DNA of 64,000 nucleotides from Patescibacteria group bacterium (GTDB lineage Bacteria; Patescibacteriota; WWE3; UBA101185; UBA10185): NCBI GenBank assembly GCA_026004595.1, contig BPJL01000001.1, positions 26,486 to 90,485 of the forward strand, read 5' to 3'. Shown piece by piece: positions 59,116 to 64,000 of this stretch (position 1 is its first letter; each line of letters starts with the position of its first letter). The notes under the pieces were generated by a model. It saw only the letters and a program-made list of their open reading frames with translations, ran no database searches and was not told where the DNA came from. The position numbers and the translations under genes were made by a program.

Positions 59116-60483
59116 ATGAACACTTATTCTGTTAAATACGACGAACTTGAAGGAAGGCTAGACCCCAGTGCATACCACCCAACAAGACTAAATGCCATAA
59201 AAAAAATAAAAGCATTAAATTGTGATGTTTTGCCTCTAAACCAAGTTGCAACATTCAAAAGAGATATAGTTACCGAAACAAACAGAGATACGCCTTACTT
59301 TGGTCTTGAAAACATAGAGAGCAATACGGGCATAGCTTCAGATGTTGAAAATGGCAAAGATTTTGGCAGTGCTTTTAGCTTCAAGGCGGGAAACATACTT
59401 TTCCCTAAATTGCGACCATACTTAAATAAAGTCCACCTAGCTTCAACCGAAGGGGTATGCTCAACCGAGTTCCATGTTTTGGAAGCTAACAAGTGCAGTA
59501 ACTACTATCTGTTTGCTTTTCTTAGCTCTCGCTTAGTTGTCAATCAAACATCTTACTTGATGACGGGTAACACACTACCCAGACTGCAAACAAAAGATGT
59601 CGAAGACCTGCTAATACCCATATTGCCAGAGACAAAACAAAAACAGATAACCGATTTACTTAAAAAAGCCTATGAAACAAGAGAGGAAAAACTAAAACAA
59701 GCTGACGAACTACTTAACTCTATTGATGACTTTGTAAGGCAACAGCTAGGCATAGACTACCAAGAGCCAGAAGAAGAAAAAATCTATACCGTTAACTCAC
59801 AAGACCTAGAAAACAACCGCCAAGACCCTTATTACCATAATCCGAAGTTTGTTGAGGCATTAGCGAGCCTATCAAGATTAAAATACAAGGTTTTCAGTCT
59901 GGGTCAATTGATGGTTGATATGTCTGGAGGAGCAACCCCAAGAGTAGGAAGTAACGCTTATTCTGACAAAGAAAATGGTATTCCGTTTTTACGAGTACAG
60001 AACATAACAGAAAAGGGTATTTTGCTTGACGATGTTAAATACATTAAAAAATCAGTCCACGAAAAAGAGCTTAAACGCTCACAACTTAAGGCAAACGATT
60101 TAGTTTTTACAATAACAGGACGAATAGGAAGTGTAGCTGTTGTGCCAAGTAATTTTATTGGAAACATAAACCAACATTCAGTAAGAATACAACTTAAGAA
60201 CGAAGTTGATAAAAGAGAAATTGACCCTACTTATATCGCAACTTTTCTTAACTCCTCTTTTGGTAAGCTACTTACAAATAGAGGTATCACAGGAGGGACA
60301 AGACCAGCCCTAGATTACGAATACATTAAATCTATACCCATTCCAATACCATCAACTGAAATACAAAATACTATTACAAACGAATTTAACAAAAGAACAA
60401 GTTCGTTTGAAAAAATGCGAGCCGAAGCCTCTAAGGTATTAGAAGAAGCCAAGAAACAAGTTGAGGAAATGATTCTGAATTAA
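59116..60483 (+). CDS. Restriction-modification specificity subunit with two target-recognition domains (HsdS/BcgI-B-like)
   Basis: Two TRD repeats are separated by conserved helical spacers (...NTLPRLQTKDVEDLLIPILP... and ...GGTRPALDYEYIKSIPIPIP...). The start is taken at ATG 59116, 2 nt after the A-subunit stop. Confidence 0.65.
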   Translation: MNTYSVKYDELEGRLDPSAYHPTRLNAIKKIKALNCDVLPLNQVATFKRDIVTETNRDTPYFGLENIESNTGIASDVENGKDFGSAFSFKAGNILFPKLRPYLNKVHLASTEGVCSTEFHVLEANKCSNYYLFAFLSSRLVVNQTSYLMTGNTLPRLQTKDVEDLLIPILPETKQKQITDLLKKAYETREEKLKQADELLNSIDDFVRQQLGIDYQEPEEEKIYTVNSQDLENNRQDPYYHNPKFVEALASLSRLKYKVFSLGQLMVDMSGGATPRVGSNAYSDKENGIPFLRVQNITEKGILLDDVKYIKKSVHEKELKRSQLKANDLVFTITGRIGSVAVVPSNFIGNINQHSVRIQLKNEVDKREIDPTYIATFLNSSFGKLLTNRGITGGTRPALDYEYIKSIPIPIPSTEIQNTITNEFNKRTSSFEKMRAEASKVLEEAKKQVEEMILN

Positions 60484-60515
60484 GGATAAGGATCTCAAGC
60501 TTTAGTCCTCTTACA

Positions 60516-61799
60516 ATGTTACCAACCATTTTTGACAAATCCTTTCTAGAGAGTTTAACACTTGATGAGGCTGTTTGGTTTGATAACTTCTTTTTATCAA
60601 ACATAACCCCTATCTTTTACGTCGAAACCTTAGCGGATTTAGAAAAAAAAGGCAAAAAAGGAAAGGTGTCTCGTACACCCGAAGAGCTTGTGGAAGAATT
60701 AGCAAACAAGACGCCTGTTATGCACTCTGTGCCAAATATTTTCCATTTGAGGCTTGTGGTAGGTAATTTGTTAGGACAAAAAGTCGAAATGTCCGATCAT
60801 CATCGCCCGATAATAAGCGGAGGTCAATATAATATAACTCCTGATGGTAAATTAGGGGTTGATTTTAAGCAATTTCCTGAAGCAGCAGCCCTCGAGAGGT
60901 GGAGGCGACATGAATTTTTAGAAATAGAACGAAAGGTAGCTAAGAATTGGAGGAAATCTCTAACCAACCTGAATTTCGACTCGTTGATTGATCAAGCAAA
61001 AAGTGTAGTTCCTTCAGAAGCACGTATCGCCAAATTGGAAGATGTTAAAAAGTTTGCAGATAGTTTTGTCAAAGGGAGGTATAACCAGTTGATCCACCTA
61101 GCATTGAATATGCTTGATGTTCCCGAAAAAGCAAAAAGACCTATTTTGAAGAGATGGTATGCCACTAGACCGATGCCGTTTGATGAATTTGCTCCTTTCG
61201 CTGCTCATGTCCTAAAAATAGATTTATTCTTTTATCTGTGTTTAGATAAAAGTTTGATTGCTAAAGAACGTCCTTCAAATAAAATAGATATTTCTTATTT
61301 ATACTATCTACCGTTTTGTTCTGTTTTTGTATCTTCGGATAAACTTCATTTACGAACAGTCCCTTTGTTTGTAGAAAATGGACAGAGTTTTGTTACAGGA
61401 AAAGAGTTAAAGGAAGACTTAAAGAAACTGAATGAGTATTATGCAAAGTTGCCAGACAAGATTAAAGAAAGAGGTTTAATGGAATTTGCGGTTTATCCTC
61501 CCGATGACCAGGAGACTCTTGTTGGCAATCTCTACGATAAACATCTCAAATCCTCCTGGCGAAAAAGTGCTAAGGTACACAGACAAAGCTGGGGCAAACC
61601 AAAAAAGTTTAATAATGGGATAGTTGAGGAATTGAAAAAGAAACAAAGCGAGCAAAAACCCCTGGTTGGCTCATCACCGTCATCTGATATGGTCGATAGT
61701 ATAAGTATAACCAGAAGGATCCCCGCCAAAAGAGGCAGTTGGATGATACTACCACTTGAGGTAATAAAGAAATCAGGAAAGACTGACCCTAAACCCTAA
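60516..61799 (+). CDS. Hypothetical 427-aa protein encoded directly downstream of the RM pair
   Basis: A long, clean ORF on the same strand, 33 nt after the S gene. No known motif. Basic C-terminal tail. Confidence 0.4.
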   Translation: MLPTIFDKSFLESLTLDEAVWFDNFFLSNITPIFYVETLADLEKKGKKGKVSRTPEELVEELANKTPVMHSVPNIFHLRLVVGNLLGQKVEMSDHHRPIISGGQYNITPDGKLGVDFKQFPEAAALERWRRHEFLEIERKVAKNWRKSLTNLNFDSLIDQAKSVVPSEARIAKLEDVKKFADSFVKGRYNQLIHLALNMLDVPEKAKRPILKRWYATRPMPFDEFAPFAAHVLKIDLFFYLCLDKSLIAKERPSNKIDISYLYYLPFCSVFVSSDKLHLRTVPLFVENGQSFVTGKELKEDLKKLNEYYAKLPDKIKERGLMEFAVYPPDDQETLVGNLYDKHLKSSWRKSAKVHRQSWGKPKKFNNGIVEELKKKQSEQKPLVGSSPSSDMVDSISITRRIPAKRGSWMILPLEVIKKSGKTDPKP

Positions 61800-62048
61800 A
61801 AACTGGAACTATAATGCCGTGTGTTGACTTATGTGAGACTTTCGTGCCTGGAGTGGTATGGTTTCACCTCTCTCGGGCTTCACTAGCCTTGTTGGGGATC
61901 TGCTACGAAGATCTGGGCATAAGAGATTTACTTAATATTACTTTGCTTTTTGTGTTTGTGTTTGATCTATGACGCCAACATCCCTCCTTCTGCCACGACA
62001 GGCAAGAAATTGTCGAATGGGAGAACTGAGAATGCCTCCCAATAGAAC

Positions 62049-62771
62049 TTATTTTTGAAATAACGGTATAGTATTCCAATACAAGATCTGCCCATTACCA
62101 TAAACCGTAAGGCGAACGATAGGATATGAATAGGGCTTGCCAGTTAAGCCTTCAGACAACTTATAATTCTTGTCTTCCCACATCCATGTATGTGACTCTT
62201 TTTGCGAGAAAGAGTAAACGAATTGATCTTTTAATTCCTCAAAATTAGGCAAAGCTCGCTTAAGATAACCAGAGGCAATTTGTTCGGCTTCTTCTTTGGT
62301 GATAACTGGCATGATATTGGAATTAATGCAAGAGACACCTTTTTGTTTAAGTGTTTCAATCTCGTTAGCATTCAAACCTCTGGTAACAACCTGAGTTATA
62401 ACTTGATTTCTGGGATCAACATGATATTGGTAAACACTACAAGAATTATCACTTAACGGTTTGGCATCCTCATAAACATTAATTTGCCTAAGCCATGCTT
62501 TGGCTGCTTCTAAGTTTACTCCGCCTTGGACTTTAGTTGACTTCCCTACTGAGTAATAAGGCTGTGGCAAATCTTGACGAACATATACCAGTTCAAGATT
62601 GGGATTGTCCATAAACTCTCTGATAACTGCCATCTCATCCTTTGGCTTTTGCTGATTAGGGACAGAAATATCAGATTGCTGCTTTAGTACAGTCAGGACT
62701 GGTTTTGATATAAGAAGCGCTCCTGCAATAATCGTTAAAAGAATAACTGCGATAAGCGTTTTGTTTTTCAT
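62049..62771 (-). CDS. Hypothetical secreted protein (signal peptide)
   Basis: MKNKTLIAVILLTIIAGALLISKPV signal/anchor followed by a globular ~210-aa domain. Confidence 0.35.
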   Translation of the reverse strand: MKNKTLIAVILLTIIAGALLISKPVLTVLKQQSDISVPNQQKPKDEMAVIREFMDNPNLELVYVRQDLPQPYYSVGKSTKVQGGVNLEAAKAWLRQINVYEDAKPLSDNSCSVYQYHVDPRNQVITQVVTRGLNANEIETLKQKGVSCINSNIMPVITKEEAEQIASGYLKRALPNFEELKDQFVYSFSQKESHTWMWEDKNYKLSEGLTGKPYSYPIVRLTVYGNGQILYWNTIPLFQK

Positions 62772-62784
62772 ATTCTCACCCCCT

Positions 62785-63798
62785 TTACCTCAGGTATTTT
62801 TCAATGTTGGCTAAATGTTCCTGATAAGTTTTGGCACAGTGGATTTGACGGTTTGAGTCGTGGAGATAGTAAAGACAATCGGTTTCAGCAGGATTTAAGA
62901 CGGCATCAATGGCATCCAGTCCTGGGTTGCAAATGGGAAAAGGTGGCAGCCCTGTGTATTTGTAAGTGTTGTATTTTGAATCAATTTCTTTGTCGGCTGG
63001 GCTAATCGGCTTCCAGAACCCAGTGGTGAGATTATCCCTATCGTCTCTAGCATATTGAACAGTAGCATCGACTTCCAGCTTCATATCTTTCAAAAGCCGA
63101 TTCCAAAGGATTCCTGCAATAAGAGGCATATCTTCTTTACCAGCTGCTTCTCGTTGGACAATGGAGGCAATCTTCAGGGCTGTTGTCCATTTAACATTCT
63201 GTTTAAGAAACTTGGTCATGTAAGGGGCAAATTTCTCATCAAAGCGTCTTCTGAGGCGATTAGCCACATCCAGACCATTCTCTTCGACAGGAATCAGATA
63301 GGTGTCAGGAAAGTAAACCCCTTCCAGATGGTCATAGTCCATTGCCGTATAGGTGTAAGTCCAGTCATGGAGTTGTTTTTCATCCCAACCAAGAACTTTT
63401 GCTAATCGCTCACCAATCTCTTCTTTACGCAAACCTTCAGGAATAACCACCCACTTTAAGGAAGGAGGAGAAGTTAATGTTCTAGCCAACTCCCAAACAT
63501 TCATACTCTTGCTAATTTTGTATCCACCTGACTCAATATCTTTGCCTGTGCGGGACAGGGCTAAATTAAACGCCCAAGAGTTACGGATAAAACCGTTATC
63601 TTTTAGCCTCTTTACAACATTTGTAGTATCAACAGAAGAAACAGGAGTGGTAAAAAGCTCAACCCCAGCGATCTTTTGAGGTGCGCTAAAAAGGGATTGG
63701 TAAGCAACAGATAAACCTCCAAAAATGACTACGAGAATGAGGCTGGCAAGAATTAAAACTTTGTGCCTATCCCAGATAATACGCATGTTAATTGTCAT
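62785..63798 (-). CDS. mltG: Endolytic murein transglycosylase MltG (YceG family)
   Basis: N-terminal TM anchor. YceG core pattern LKIASIVQREAAGKEDMPLIAGILWNRLLKDMKLEVDATVQYA. Confidence 0.7.
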   Translation of the reverse strand: MTINMRIIWDRHKVLILASLILVVIFGGLSVAYQSLFSAPQKIAGVELFTTPVSSVDTTNVVKRLKDNGFIRNSWAFNLALSRTGKDIESGGYKISKSMNVWELARTLTSPPSLKWVVIPEGLRKEEIGERLAKVLGWDEKQLHDWTYTYTAMDYDHLEGVYFPDTYLIPVEENGLDVANRLRRRFDEKFAPYMTKFLKQNVKWTTALKIASIVQREAAGKEDMPLIAGILWNRLLKDMKLEVDATVQYARDDRDNLTTGFWKPISPADKEIDSKYNTYKYTGLPPFPICNPGLDAIDAVLNPAETDCLYYLHDSNRQIHCAKTYQEHLANIEKYLR

Positions 63799-64000
63799 AT
63801 TTTGATATGGTTGGCTATGTTAACTTCGCTTGAGGGAGATTGTCAAATCCTAACAAAAAGCTCCCACCAGCGATGGGCTTTCACCCACCTGCCACCCTTT
63901 CGGATGACAGCCTCGACAGCGCTCTGGTAGGAGCTTATTGCTGTCGAGGTCTTGAGCACCATGCCCTTTTGGGGTTTAGGCAATTAGATTGTTAAACTTT

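Noticed and set aside
57318-61799. Classical Type I RM system lacking hsdR
   Set aside because: The N-terminal PD-(D/E)xK domain fused to the methyltransferase, plus a two-TRD S subunit and no translocase, fits a BcgI-like Type IIB system better. The 427-aa downstream ORF has no helicase motifs.
1-64000. CRISPR arrays, rRNA genes, transposases/integrases
   Set aside because: No regularly spaced short direct repeats, no rRNA-like conserved segments and no DDE/tyrosine-recombinase-like ORFs were seen anywhere in the window.

Overview
This is an AT-rich, gene-dense bacterial window, and the gene content resembles a reduced-genome Patescibacteria/CPR-type organism; that assignment is an inference, not something the sequence proves.

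Housekeeping content includes tsaD, proS, valS, rplY, smpB followed by a tmRNA, a dnaG-rpoD pair, tmk, five tRNAs, mscL and a Ca-type P-type ATPase.

Four accessory regions stand out:
1. About 11.2-24.8 kb: a SpoIID/LytB hydrolase with a coiled-coil N-terminus, four tandem paralogous small proteins with a 2-TM hairpin (VirB2/TrbC-pilin-like), a VirB6/TrbL-like polytopic protein, and two giant (~1270 aa) proteins, one carrying a C-terminal extracellular HExxH zincin domain. No VirB4/VirD4-type ATPase is present in the window.
2. About 29.4-31.8 kb: a ~2.3 kb insertion next to tRNA-Arg. It is bounded by a 21-nt direct repeat of the tRNA 3' end and carries ~100-bp GC-rich terminal inverted repeats around a three-gene cassette (xre-like gene, membrane protein, unknown), with no integrase.
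3. About 49.3-54.4 kb: a five-gene carotenoid-type isoprenoid cluster (polyprenyl synthase, UbiA prenyltransferase, crtB, crtI, lycopene-cyclase-domain protein).
4. About 56.2-61.8 kb: a BcgI-like Type IIB restriction-modification pair (nuclease-methylase fusion plus two-TRD S subunit) with an HTH gene upstream and an unknown 427-aa gene downstream.

No rRNA, CRISPR array or transposase was seen.
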